A DNA stretch of 62,879 bases, counting the filler, from Basidiobolus ranarum (Eukaryota): NCBI GenBank assembly GCA_040143965.1. It is 46 parts of 46 records of this genome, joined end to end, with 100 filler letters (N's around TTAATTAATTAA, not from the genome) between each part and the next. Parts side by side here need not be neighbours in the genome. Positions count along the whole stretch, not along the records: positions 35,653 to 36,921 come from JASJQH010005757.1; positions 37,022 to 38,289 come from JASJQH010005758.1; positions 38,390 to 39,657 come from JASJQH010005759.1; positions 39,758 to 41,025 come from JASJQH010005760.1; positions 41,126 to 42,393 come from JASJQH010005761.1; positions 42,494 to 43,760 come from JASJQH010005762.1; positions 43,861 to 45,127 come from JASJQH010005763.1; positions 45,228 to 46,494 come from JASJQH010005764.1; 38 more parts are not named here. One strand, given 5' to 3'. Of this stretch, positions 35,720-47,961 are shown piece by piece. The position numbers were made by a program, and so were the translations under genes. The notes beneath the pieces are model-generated. The model did not search any database, was not told the DNA's origin, and saw only the letters and a list, made by a program, of their open reading frames with translations. Position 1 is the stretch's first letter, and each line of letters starts with the position of its first letter.

Positions 35720-36680
35720 TGTTTACTTAAGATTTACTATCTGAATATAGAGATATGACGGAAAAGTCCATGTTTATATAGCTTTGTAACTAGTACGGTA
35801 CCGTTGAGTGTTTTGTATGTATATGGTAATATCTTCATTTCAACTAACAAATGAAATTAATATTTTCGTTCGTTGACCAGGTGATTTAGGTGAGGTCAAT
35901 CGGATAATATTTCCTACTTGAGGTTTGCAATATAGGTCGATGGATTCATTGCACTTAGTAATCAACCCTCAGATCGAATACTTCTCTATTTGTGCACCTA
36001 AATACGAATGCAGTACCATGAAGTAACATCAGAGTTCAATCCTAAAAGGAAACCTTTCAAATATACCTAACGTATGTCATGGGTTTACTGAGCACCCTGA
36101 AGGAGGCGACCTAAACGAATCACGTTAGGATATGCCAGTCGCTGGAGGGATTAGAGCGGCTTGTAAATATTTTGGCTACATAACACCTCGTTTTCAGTGT
36201 AAGCACAGTTACCATATTCGACGATAGATTAAAAATTTAATAGAGTTACTGTTAGATACTGTCACTTATCAGATAAGACGTGATCGAATGTTTCATATCA
36301 ATTTATTTACCTTGGAAAGCACTGACCATTTAATTGCTTTGAGCAGGCTAGGTATATCCTAAGTGAAGATTGTGTTGCTAATTCTAAATTCAAAATGTAA
36401 AATTATATTGAGGTCTATTTTGGATGTATAGGACATGGGAAAATGAATTTACAATATATATAATTATTCGTTTGTATAGCATAGTTAATAACTTTGTTAA
36501 TATCTCTTTGTTTAATGACATCCGGTAAAGTTAAAACTAATTTTGGTATATTTCGTATGATAGGAACCTGGATAAATGGGTTGGTGTTTATTGGTATCCA
36601 ATAGATTTAAGATCAATTGGTAACAACAAGTTTCGTGTTCATGCTACAGTGCGCACCGGAATGAACATTCGTTTTGATGA

Positions 36681-36921
36681 TTAACTATATTCCAAGTCAA
36701 GTGGAGAAGCTCCTACAACTGGGCCAATAAGCTTCTCCATAAACGCCTTGTCTTCCTCCACCTTAGTGCGATTCATCATGTAGTCACGGAAACCGAGAGG
36801 ATCCGTATTCTTGATCTTCCAAATAGGCTTCAACCCAGCTGGTGGACGAATATCAGTTCTTGGGGACCATGTATCAGACATGAGATTTTTTTGGACATCA
36901 TACGATGTCAACCAGCTCACA
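36681..36921 (-). CDS. 3' end of a host gene of unknown function
   Basis: 80 open codons from the contig edge to TAA; CpG retained. Confidence 0.65.
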
Positions 36922-37021
36922 NNNNNNNNNNNNNNNNNNNNNNNNNNNNNNNNNNNNNNNNNNNNTTAATTAATTAANNNNNNNNNNNNNNNNNNNNNNN
37001 NNNNNNNNNNNNNNNNNNNNN

Positions 37022-37529
37022 GGCAGAGGAGTATCAGTCACTCATAGATAACCAAACTTGGACTTTGGTTAAGTTAGCTGATGACCAAAAATCATTTGGA
37101 TGCAAATGAGTGTTTAATGTTCAACAGCAAGCTGATGGGTCTGTAGAGAGATATAAAGCCCGACTTGTGGCTAAAGGATACTCTCAAATGGAAGGAGTGG
37201 ACTACAATGAAACTTTTGCCCCTGTAGCTTATATATATAGATTGGTCTCCATTGGCATAGATACTGGATTACATTCTTACATTTTGAACTTCTTTAGTAT
37301 ATCCAGGATATCCTTATGCTGGTTTAAAGTTATTGTTTTGGAAGTTCTATCTATCATAATTTGGATTCAAGAATGTACATCAGTGCACCAAGATCACTCA
37401 TTTTGAATTCTGAAGATAAGCTGGAATTAGTTTTCTCCAAAGTCTTCAAGTCATTGGTTGCTATAATAAGTTCATCTACATATAAGGCTAATAAAACTGG
37501 GTTTGTCTTATCTGGCCTAAAGTATATAC
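37022..37529. mobile_element. Two Copia RT fragments joined in opposite orientation (+ 37022-37230; - 37230-37525)
   Basis: [12 protein letters not shown] on +; LALYVDELIIA and FKMSDLG on -. Confidence 0.85.
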
Positions 37530-38289
37530 TGTTGTAGTTTATTATCTTTATCATGTTTGTTATCTTGATCTATACACATGTAACTATTTCATTTATCACC
37601 TATAAGTTAGTTAAGATTACTTAGTCAAATATCAGTTAACTGCAAATCAGAACATACATTATAAATATATGTAAATAATGGGAGAATTAGCAATTCCATA
37701 TTGAAAATTTCAAACTTGTCCAAATTGCCTCAAAGATAGCTCATTTCTCTCTCACAGATGTTCTGAACACAATACCAATGTTAGTTTTCTGTATTTCCAC
37801 CAAAATGTATAAATGATTCCTTTCTGGACAATAAACATTTATCTTGCAAAAGCTATCACAATTCCTCTTTTTTAAAGTTCCTCTAAACAGCCCACATGTT
37901 CCTAATAGATTATGAGCCCCTTGTTCTAACTTTTACAGCATGACAGAAACCACTACTACCACTTTTATTAACTCAAGTGTTGAAAAGCTTGATGGAGAAA
38001 ATTACAATTTCTGGAAGTTCAAGATGCAGATCATGCTGGAAGACAGGTAGCTTTGGGATGTAGTCTCTGGAGATGAAATGGAACCTTCTGACCCTTCTTT
38101 ATTGGAAGCTTACATGAAAATATTGGTGCAACTGTACCAGAAGAAGATGTCATTATGACTTTTCTAAGGAATCCATCAGAACGGTATTCAAACTTGGTCA
38201 CAACTTTGGAAGCAAGATCTGATAAGGTATCTTTGGAGTTTGTGGTGGCAAGGCTAATGGATCAACACCTTAGAAGTAAAAATTTGGAA
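37530..38289 (+). mobile_element. Copia family 1 5' end: LTR-B (37530-37907), PBS, gag with an internal deletion at ~38120
   Basis: LTR ends CCTAATA, followed by GATTATGAGCCCC; gag jumps from LEAY to IGATVPEEDV. Confidence 0.9.
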
Positions 38290-39085
38290 NNNNNNNNNNN
38301 NNNNNNNNNNNNNNNNNNNNNNNNNNNNNNNNNTTAATTAATTAANNNNNNNNNNNNNNNNNNNNNNNNNNNNNNNNNNNNNNNNNNNNTGCTATGGAAT
38401 AAATATAGTAAAGCTACAATTCTTCTCGACTTACATCTCAAATGATATTATGGTTATCCTAAACCCTTTGATCGGAGGGCAGAGAGGTATACAATAAAAT
38501 TGTAGTAAATAAAAATAACGTCTGACCTAATACTAGCTCTATTAGTGTTTTGTAGTTCATAATAGCAAACCATTGTAATATACTGAATGTACTAGAAAAC
38601 AATCCAAACTAACGTATAAGACAAGGCTTAAAGATGTGAACTCAGCCAAGGCAATAGTTCTATTATTACCTCTAGATTTAACTTCTGATGCACACTCACG
38701 ATAAAGGAGAATTCAACGAATAGCCGAAAAGTATTGAGCAAATCATTCAAAAAAGAAAGGCGCTAAAAAGATAGAAGCCGACCTTCGATACGGAAATCGC
38801 TTTGGTTTAGTTCTTGTAGCGCATCTTAGATCTATCTTCAAATGATATGTTCGTGAAAGAAAGCTTTGGCATGTTACTAGAAGTCCTGCAGTAAGTTTTA
38901 TGGTTTCAAGCAATAGTTTTATGTGTTCACTACATAGATTAATACCGTATTGATACAAAGTAAGAACTGCTACTTACACGATGGAACAGACGCCACAAAG
39001 GAAGAAGTCCAAAAAGTTCCCATCATCTCTCATTCATTTCTATCAGAGTGTTAGTGTATATGATGGATCAATAACTGATCAGGTA

Positions 39086-39113
39086 AACATTGCTTATTAA
39101 ACATTGCTTATTA
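39086..39113 (+). repeat. 14-bp tandem duplication AAACATTGCTTATT x2
   Basis: Read directly from the sequence. Confidence 0.85.
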
Positions 39114-39347
39114 ATCCGTCTAATATATGTGGTAGTTGTTATTGATAGGTGTGAGAATTAGTGATAGTCGAGTGAATACTTGAAGTATATAAAGATCCAT
39201 TTAGGGTTAGTTTTGTCTCTTATCAACCACGAACACCTTAGTAACTGATCGAGGTGTGATAGTCACCCAATAAAACTGTAGCAAACAATGATAAGGTTTG
39301 ACCTAAGACTAAGTAGTCCTATCAGTGTTATGCATCCCATTGCTGAA

Positions 39348-39391
39348 TGCATGAGTATATATGTTGCATGAGTATATATGTTGCATGAATA
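39348..39391 (+). repeat. 17-bp tandem repeat TGCATGAGTATATATGT x~2.6
   Basis: Read directly from the sequence. Confidence 0.85.
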
Positions 39392-39758
39392 TTGACTTTC
39401 CTCTAAAATTACGCTTACTACGAAGCCTCAGTTGGAAGTGTTGTTGTCGTATACGAATGAAAATGTCAATGCTGAGACCTAATGGTACAAATATACGAGA
39501 TATTGTAGTAAATGAAAGGCTAAATCTAACGCTGTAAGTACAATTTATATACATGCTCAGGTAGCTGTCCTCAAGTAGCTACCAGAATAGATCATTTTTA
39601 CCATTATTTGCCACACAAAGAGAAAGGCTTCTATGTTTCAATCAATCATATCCGCCANNNNNNNNNNNNNNNNNNNNNNNNNNNNNNNNNNNNNNNNNNN
39701 NTTAATTAATTAANNNNNNNNNNNNNNNNNNNNNNNNNNNNNNNNNNNNNNNNNNNNC

Positions 39759-40810
39759 ATACTTTTGAAAATACTCCTCAAGCACTTTGACTATTTTTGT
39801 ACATCCTTGTAGTGTGACACTACTGAGGGTGCTTTGCAGTGTTTGTGCAGCTTTTTGCTTGCCTTTACTTTTGGGGCTAATTCCAACACTTTGAAAAGTA
39901 CCAGTTGAGGTTGGAAAGCCATGAGTTTTATTTGCTAATGTTTTGGCTTGTTGAGAGGTGCCAGGTGTTGGATAAACTCCTAAAGTTAGCGCTCTTCTGA
40001 CTGGAGTAGCTGGTTTCATGGTGAAATTAATCTTTGTTGCGAGTATATCTGACTCTGGAAATGCAGATAATTATAATGTTGTGAAGAATTTGGTAAGTGG
40101 AACAGTAGAGCCTAAACTCACTGGCTCCTTTGCTTTTCTCTTGAGTTTACTAACTTCCTGCTCCTTCAGTACTTCTTTAGCTGCTTTTCTTTCTTTTCCA
40201 AGTTGAGAATTGTGTACATTTTTGATATATTTCATGAATAGGCCTATACTAACCCATTTGCCATTTCAACAAGAAACCCAGGTTAAGCCATATGAAATAA
40301 GTCCAGAACTTTCAGAGTAACACCAGTTTTTTGGTTTTTCCACAATTGGCTCAAATCCAGGTGATTCCAGGCAAGATTCCACACAGTTTCTAAAATGTTA
40401 AACCACTCATAATCTGAGCAAGTGATAGCAGCTCTGCCATTCAGAGTCTTTTGGCTTGCTGGTTCTCCTATCAGATTTCTACCTTCATGTACCCGAGCAA
40501 TTTGGGGTCATTGTGTAGGCTTAACGGTCCAACACATATTCTACTCTGCTAGATTGTCATTGTGATGTTCATATGTATGGTGTGGGATTGATTGAAATCC
40601 CATATGAGAATGGACAGAGGGAGCAGCATGTTGCTGTAGCTCAAGTATGGCATTCTGAAGATCTTGTATCATTTTTGAGTCACTTGGTAACTGTTGACTA
40701 GTTCCTTCCAAATGCTGCATTAATTGCAATATTGCGGTGTTATTGCTTGTCATGGCTTGGATAGCAACTACATAGTTTTTACTTATGATTGCATACAAAA
40801 GACTTGTTCC
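39759..40810 (-). mobile_element. CACTA ORF2 central region, degenerate
   Basis: Coiled-coil-like YAIISKNY..LQNAILELQQ; the WNHLDLSQLW domain; TPGTSQQ..KIVKVLEEYFQKY. Confidence 0.85.
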
Positions 40811-41125
40811 ATTTTATTGAGCCAGATCAGGCTAGCTAAAAAGTGTGCCAGCACAAATTGGCATGATTGGGCACTATCCGGCACAATGTTATTTACCATT
40901 TTGGAAACAGTTTGTTTTACTTATGTAGTATGTTTAAGAAAAGTACTTTTAGACATTATTGCACATTCAAAAGATAATGAAAGCTTTATTCATAGTGTCT
41001 TAAGTCTAGAGCTCTCAATGGATATNNNNNNNNNNNNNNNNNNNNNNNNNNNNNNNNNNNNNNNNNNNNTTAATTAATTAANNNNNNNNNNNNNNNNNNN
41101 NNNNNNNNNNNNNNNNNNNNNNNNN

Positions 41126-42393
41126 CTATGAAATAGGACTATTGGACATGCTTAGATCATAACAAACATGCCTGTTAAGCATGGGTGAAAATTTGAGGTG
41201 ATTTGGAGAAGTTTTGAGAAAATAGTGAAAATTGGTTAAAGTGATCTAATGATATTTCTATCAATTAGAGTAATAAACACATGTTTTTGAATGACAGAAT
41301 TGAGTGCTAAATAATCAGAATATGAACAAACTAACTACTAAATAATGAGTTGCTATTTACCTACTTTCAACAATTTTAGCTTTTTGGCAAAAATCCTTTT
41401 TCTGCAAGCTTTGATCAAATGGCCTGGTGTCTTGCAATACTTGCACATGATTAATTTCCTAATAGGGGCACCATTATTGAAGCCTGTTGCATGTTTTGTA
41501 GCCCCAAAAAATTCCTGTTCTGCCTTATTTTGCTTGGAATTAGATCTCCATAATTCTTCATTCAAAGGCTTAGCACCAACATATTCCATTGTTAATGGCT
41601 CTGATTTTGCTTCCAGGGCAATCATGAGGTTCCCAAACTTGTCTGACATGCTCCCATGTAGTGTCATGACTTAGTCATCTTCATTTAGAGGTGCTCTAAT
41701 GGATGAGAGCTGATCTACCATAGTTTTTATTCAATTTCTATGACTAAGCATAGAAGCATGAGCATTCATCTGAATTGAGAATAATTTTCACCTAACATAT
41801 AGTCTATTAGCCAGACTTTTATTCTCATATAATTCCTCAAGTGTTTCCCAAGCATTTTGAATGTTTTTGGCTGATTGCATGTGCCTCAATTGAGAATCTC
41901 TGAGATGTAGACAAAGTGTAGAGAGTGCTTTTCTCTGCTTCTTGTGAGAGGCAAGGATAGCTTCTGGTGGTACCTTTGGCTCTATTTCTTCTGCTGTAAC
42001 AAATCCCCAAAGGTCCTTGTCTTCTAGCACCATCTGCATCTTGAACTTTCAAAGGAGAGAGTTTTCACCATCAATCTTTTCTGTGGATGCAAAAACGTTG
42101 GTAATAGTACTGGTAGACATTTCTTTAGCAGCTAGCTTGGGGCTCATAACCTGATAAAAGTGTTTAGGGAATTTGAAAGTGATTTGGAAAAGATTTGGAT
42201 ATTTGAATTAGACACTTAAGTTTTATTAAATTGAATATGTCCTATTTATAGTTTACTATGAAATAGGACTATTGGGCATGCATAGATCATAACAAACATG
42301 CCTGCTAAGCATGGGTGAAAATTTGAGGTGATTTGGAGAAGTTTTGAGAAAATAGTGAAAATTGGTAAAAGTGATCTAATTGCTATTTCTATC
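41126..42393 (-). mobile_element. Copia family 4: LTR-C (42152-42393), PBS (42139-42151), gag (42120-41373), second LTR-C (41372-41126)
   Basis: Direct repeat 41126-41263 ~ 42256-42393; LTR ends ..TTTTATCA then GGTTATGAGCCCC; gag with CKYCKTPGHLIKAC; second LTR starts TGTTGAAAG. Confidence 0.88.
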
Positions 42394-42493
42394 NNNNNNN
42401 NNNNNNNNNNNNNNNNNNNNNNNNNNNNNNNNNNNNNTTAATTAATTAANNNNNNNNNNNNNNNNNNNNNNNNNNNNNNNNNNNNNNNNNNNN

Positions 42494-42978
42494 AAGTTTA
42501 TTGACTTAACTTATTGTTCTACAGAAGACATGATTGCTGATATATTAACCAAACCATTAGCTAGACAGAAATTTGAGAAATTTAGACCTTTATTAGGATT
42601 AGTTAATATGACTATTTAGTTGAGGGAGAGTGTTAAGATTAGCATTGCCTAAACACCTATATAGTCATATATAGCTCAGTACTTAGTTATCTTATCATTC
42701 CCTAAGCTATTATCAATTATTCTCAACTGGAATTTACTTAGAATATTTTTACCAACTTAGAAGTTCTCAGATATATGGATTTTTCAAACTTGTGCTAGAA
42801 GCCCCAAACTTTGCACATATATTCCTGGGACCTTCCATTATATATTCTACACATTAGTTTGCTTACATCTTGACAAAACTACAAATGTCAGCTTTCTACT
42901 CAATAAGTCAATAAGTGAAAACCACCAATTCCTCTAATTCTCCAAACCACTTCCCAAAGGCTCCCAAATACTTTAGCA
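42494..42978 (+). mobile_element. Copia 3' end: RNaseH C-terminus, PPT, full LTR-A (42631-42978)
   Basis: YCSTEDMIADILTKPL..LLGL; GAGGGAGAG immediately before TGTTAAG. Confidence 0.93.
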
Positions 42979-43645
42979 AGATCAAGATACACAGTATTAT
43001 TGTTTTAGCCATGTGGTAATCTATTCCATCAATGACTCATCAACTTGCAGCGGGACATTTGTTGACTGCAAGTTGGGGATATATTAGCTGAATTCTTTAC
43101 ATAAATTTGCCAACATCCAAGAGCTTACTCTCATTGTTAATGGTAACAAGAGTCAACTATTTGCCGAGTGTCAGTGCTATTCAAAATTTCAGATGTTTAG
43201 CATTTTTTCCGCTGTTAGTTTGCTGGTAAAGCATATTGATTTTGTTAAGTTATGTCTCATCAGTCAAGTATGTGCATGTGTAGAGACTATACACAAAGAG
43301 ATTCTGATATTTTTTGATTCTCATTATGGCTGGAATACAAAGCCTAAAATATCTAAGTAAAGGCATGCATATTAAATCAAATTCCTACAGCAGTAAACCC
43401 AGTAATTTGCCATTTGAAAATGATATTTTTGCAAAAATTGCCAGATATTGAATAACGCATGGCAGTTTAAGGATCAATATCTTAACATGTATGAATACTG
43501 ACAAAATATCATCAAGAAACCACCATCACACTATCAAAATCCCTGGCAGAATGCAAGCTATCAATATCTTGATGGTTCTCTGATGGTTTTGCTCTTTTGG
43601 AGGGTGGATCCAATCCGGATCAAATTGATTTTATTTTTGTTAGGG
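42979..43645 (+). mobile_element. CACTA transposase C-terminus and transposase-side terminus
   Basis: ..GNKSQLFAECQCY..GWNTKPKISK*; ends ATTTTTGTTAGGG (reverse complement CCCTAACAAAAAT). Confidence 0.85.
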
Positions 43646-43860
43646 TAAGGAACTGGACAAGGACTGGAAACAACAACAAGAGGCTAGAAGGCAGTAGAGT
43701 ACTTGGGTGCAGACCACAAGCCAAGACTGGACAAAGAAGATACTTTGGCAAGAATCTTTANNNNNNNNNNNNNNNNNNNNNNNNNNNNNNNNNNNNNNNN
43801 NNNNTTAATTAATTAANNNNNNNNNNNNNNNNNNNNNNNNNNNNNNNNNNNNNNNNNNNN

Positions 43861-44108
43861 GGGGATAATGGCAAAAGCACGACGCTTATGATGCTGAAAA
43901 GGATGGAAATGGTGCTGGCAATGGAGGAGACAATGGCAATGGCTACGGTGGTCATGGAGCTGGCACTTATGATGCTGAAAAGAGTGGTACTGGAAATGGT
44001 ACTGGCGGCAATGGAGCTGGTGCCTACAATACTGGGAAGGGTGAAAGTGCTAATGGTGGTTCTGGTATTGGAGGGGACAATGGTAATAGCGCTTGGTTAG
44101 GGGGATGA
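43861..44108 (+). pseudogene. Gly/Asn-rich repetitive protein fragment with an apparent frameshift near 43878
   Basis: DAYDAEKDGNGAGNGGDNGNGYGGHGAGTYDAEKSGTGNG..; the upstream GDNGK is in another frame; the listed 43888 ORF is a shadow frame. Confidence 0.6.
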
Positions 44109-44218
44109 AAAGCACCAGGTGGCGTGGACTTTATTTAGCTTATATACTAATCTAAACAAAGTGACAATCAAGACATCATTCTTTTAAGATATTGTGACAA
44201 TTCTGGATCATATCCATA

Positions 44219-44889
44219 CCCTAACAGAAATTTGAGAATTGTTATTGTAGAAAAACTGTCACAATTTTAATCCATTTGGGATTGACCATTTACTTATCAT
44301 TATAAAATTGTCAAGTTGGATTTGATTTTAATCAATTTTTTTGGTTTCAAGAGTGAAGTTTCAAGATCTTGCAAAATAGTTGCACATGATTGGCTACTAT
44401 CTCAGAGAACTATGGATCAACACATGTGCAAGAAACATAACTCAAATTTTATATATTTACCACTTGAAAGCTAATTTGTCAACTTTGAAATTCCAAGTTT
44501 CTTTGATATATTCTCCTGAATATTTTTACAGAGTTCTTCATACCCAAGGTTTAGCTCATATCCTACATGAATTTGTATCAATATCTCCATCAAAGGCCAC
44601 CATTGTATTAATGTTGCTGAATCAACATTCTTCCAGCTATCTGGTGGATATCCTGCAATATTATGCCACTCTGTATTAAGTTTTTCCCAGATATCTGCAT
44701 GGTCAACACCACACTGAACATCAAGTTGAATGTTCTTCTTCTGAAGCCACTTTCTGCATACTTGCACTATGTTTTTCCCTTCATACTTTTGAAAATACTC
44801 CTCAAGCACTTTGACTATTTTTATATATCCTTGTAGTATGACACTACTGAGGGTGCTTTGTGGTGTTTGTGTGGCTTTTTGCTTGCCTT
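44219..44889 (-). mobile_element. CACTA ORF2-side terminus and ORF2 C-terminus
   Basis: CCCTAACAGAAAT at 44219; EEYFQKYEGKN..WKNVDSATLIQWW..LGISKLTN*. Confidence 0.9.
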
Positions 44890-45127
44890 TATTGAAATTA
44901 GCATTGCCTAAACACCTATATAGTCATATATAGCTTAGTACTTAGTTATCTTATAATTCACTAGGATAGTATCAATTATTCTCAATCAGAATTTACTTAC
45001 AATATTTTTATCAACTTAGAAGTTCTCAGATATATAGATTGCTTGAACTTGTGCTAGAAGCCCCAAACTTTGAACACATGTTCCTGGGACCTTCCTTAAC
45101 ATATTCTATATGTTAGTTTGTTTACAT
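44890..45127 (+). repeat. LTR-A 5' part, inserted into CACTA ORF2
   Basis: TATTGAAATTAGCATTGCC start. Confidence 0.88.
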
Positions 45128-46594
45128 NNNNNNNNNNNNNNNNNNNNNNNNNNNNNNNNNNNNNNNNNNNNTTAATTAATTAANNNNNNNNNNNNNNNNN
45201 NNNNNNNNNNNNNNNNNNNNNNNNNNNGCTCTTAAACATGAAGTAGTAACTTCGAGCAAGACAATTGAGTACTACAAGTCTTTGATAGAGGATTCAGTAA
45301 ATTATATTGGTATTCTCACAAATAACCAAAACTTGTACCATCGATATTGTGAAGAGCACTTACCACTCTTTCGCACCAATTCAATATAAATTAGACGATT
45401 TACTGTTGAAGCAGCTCTACTTGAAAATAGCTTTATCGTGTTTATTAGTAGATCATCGTCTATTATTGTCAATAAATCAACCACGTAGCGCACGGATATA
45501 GATGTTATTAGTTGAGAGGTGGAATAAGTTGCTGTGAATTATGTACATATCTATATAGAGAGATTGGTTTATAATCAATTTCAACGCTATATAAAATGTG
45601 CGAATTTGTGACTTCTATAACCGCACTATGATCCTTTAGTCTTGGAAATGATAGGTGGCTATATAATACCATGCAATTTAGATTGTGTTTATACTTATTT
45701 AACTTCAACTGTCATTGCATATAGTGTTGAAGATTGAAATGTCAAGTGGCACAATGACACAACACAACTTGACCAAAATCTGACTTGTAGTGAATTGAAG
45801 ATGATTAGATTTATGATATATACATTGTGTAAGTAGGATATACAGTAGCTTATTCATTGTAAATATTCATAGTGCTATGAAAGACAAGTATGGATATTTC
45901 CATATAAATAGTAAAGATGAAAGTATTAAATAGCATCAAGTCAAAAAGATGTAATAAAAAAGTACAGTATTAGTGATATTCCAATCATATGTATGTTACA
46001 ATCAATCCATCTATTCAGGATAAAAGTGGTACTGGGTGAAACTAGTGGAGAAAATACATAATATCAAACTGACTCAACATCAGATAAGTGTTTCAAATGT
46101 AGCAATCAGATTTGAAACCTACTTTCTAAGACACTGACCAAGCATATATATATGAGGAGCTCATTTTACTGGATAAGTTTCAAAATAATGTATCAAATGA
46201 TGACTGTTGTTACAGCTACAATCAATGAACAGATCATGGCTTAAGTCAATGGCAAAATAAGCAATGGATGTGCTGCGCAAAGTGGTTGTGGATAACTCTC
46301 ATTGATAGCCCTTACCACTAGAGTTGAATAGATATGAAACATACACCTCTTGAGTGAATTGCTGACTGAGCAGTTAAATCTAAAAGTAGCAATTCTAGCA
46401 CTAAAGGTTCCTCAGTACTCTTCTTCCCAGATCTCATATTTCTCTGACAACCAGTTGAACAAGAATTTGAATTTTCATGCTGCCAATTCATTATNNNNNN
46501 NNNNNNNNNNNNNNNNNNNNNNNNNNNNNNNNNNNNNNTTAATTAATTAANNNNNNNNNNNNNNNNNNNNNNNNNNNNNNNNNNNNNNNNNNNN

Positions 46595-47025
46595 CATCCA
46601 ATTTTTCAGAAGAAGGAAAAGTTCCATTTATTTGAGAGGTAGACATTACAGAGAGTGCAAGCTCAGGGCTCATAACCTGTTAAAGTATTTGGGAGCCTGT
46701 TGGAAGTGGTTTGGAGACTTAGAGGAATTGGTGGTTTTCACTTATTGATTTATGGATTAGAAAGTTGACATTTATAGTTTTGTCAAGATGTAAACAGGCT
46801 GACATGTAGAATATGTTAAGGAAGGTCCCAGGAAGATGTGTGCAAAGTTTGGGGCTTCTAGCACAAGTTTGAAAAATCTATATATCTGAGAACATCTAAG
46901 TTGGTAAAAATATTTTAAGTAAATTCCAATTGAGAATAATTGATAATATCTTAGTGAGTTATAAGATAACTAAGTAGTAAGCTATATATGACTATATAGG
47001 CATTTAGGCAATGCTAATTTCAACA
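46595..47025 (-). mobile_element. Copia 5' end: full LTR-A (46678-47025), PBS (46664-46677), gag start
   Basis: ..TTTAACA followed by GGTTATGAGCCCTG; gag MSTS..SEKLD. Confidence 0.92.
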
Positions 47026-47861
47026 GAACTCTATAAAAATATTCAGGAGAATATGTCAAAGAAACTAGGAATTTCAAAGGTGACAAATCAGTGTTCAAGT
47101 AGTAAATGTGTAAAATTTGAGTTATGTTTTTTGCACATGCCTTGATCCATAGTTCTCTGAGATTGTAGCCAATCATGTGCAACTATTTTACAAGATCTTG
47201 GAATTTCACTCCTGAAACTGAAAAAATTGATTAAAATCAAATCTAACTTGACAAGTTTATGATGGTAAGTAAACAGTCAATCCCAAATGGATTAAAATTG
47301 TGATGGTTTTCCTACCATAACAATACTCAAATTTATGTCAGGGGTATGGAAAACCTTGGAGAACACCTACTAAATATGCTCTGGTGCCAACAAGATGTTT
47401 GTAAGAAGTTAATCCTCTAACCTCAAGAACAAGCTATGAGAAGTCATTAAATCATTAACTAATAGAGTCATAATAACAGTAAATGGGCTTGAATGCATTG
47501 GAGTACCCACTACTGATCAAGAATTCATTGTTACAGTCCTGAATAGCCTGCCACACAAGTTTCAGAGCCTAGTGAAGGCTCTAGTGTGAAGAGCAGATAA
47601 TTTAACCTTAAGTTAGTTATTTGTCATGATTCTGATCTTGGCATACTGATTCACTGCTAATAGAACTCTTCTATTATTAGATTAGGACATCTTATCTGCT
47701 GTGCCATCCCTTCTTGGCTATCTGTTGTTAGTTCCTCCAGATTACCTTACATGGAAGTCATGTTCTTTGGAACATTCCATGAAACCTAACCAATCATGTC
47801 ATCCCACACATAGTGTATTTCTGCCAAGACCTTCCATGGAAGGTCACCTGATCATCCTTAC
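47026..47861 (+). mobile_element. Nested fragments: CACTA terminus (47026-47343), Copia gag fragment (~47344-47621), LTR-D (47622-47861)
   Basis: ..AAATTTATGTCAGGG end; VLNSLPHKFQSLV; TGTCATGA start. Confidence 0.8.
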
Positions 47862-47961
47862 NNNNNNNNNNNNNNNNNNNNNNNNNNNNNNNNNNNNNNN
47901 NNNNNTTAATTAATTAANNNNNNNNNNNNNNNNNNNNNNNNNNNNNNNNNNNNNNNNNNNN

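Noticed and set aside
45228-46494. Short ORFs in an AT-rich contig
   Set aside because: No motif, splice pattern or repeat match that I could support
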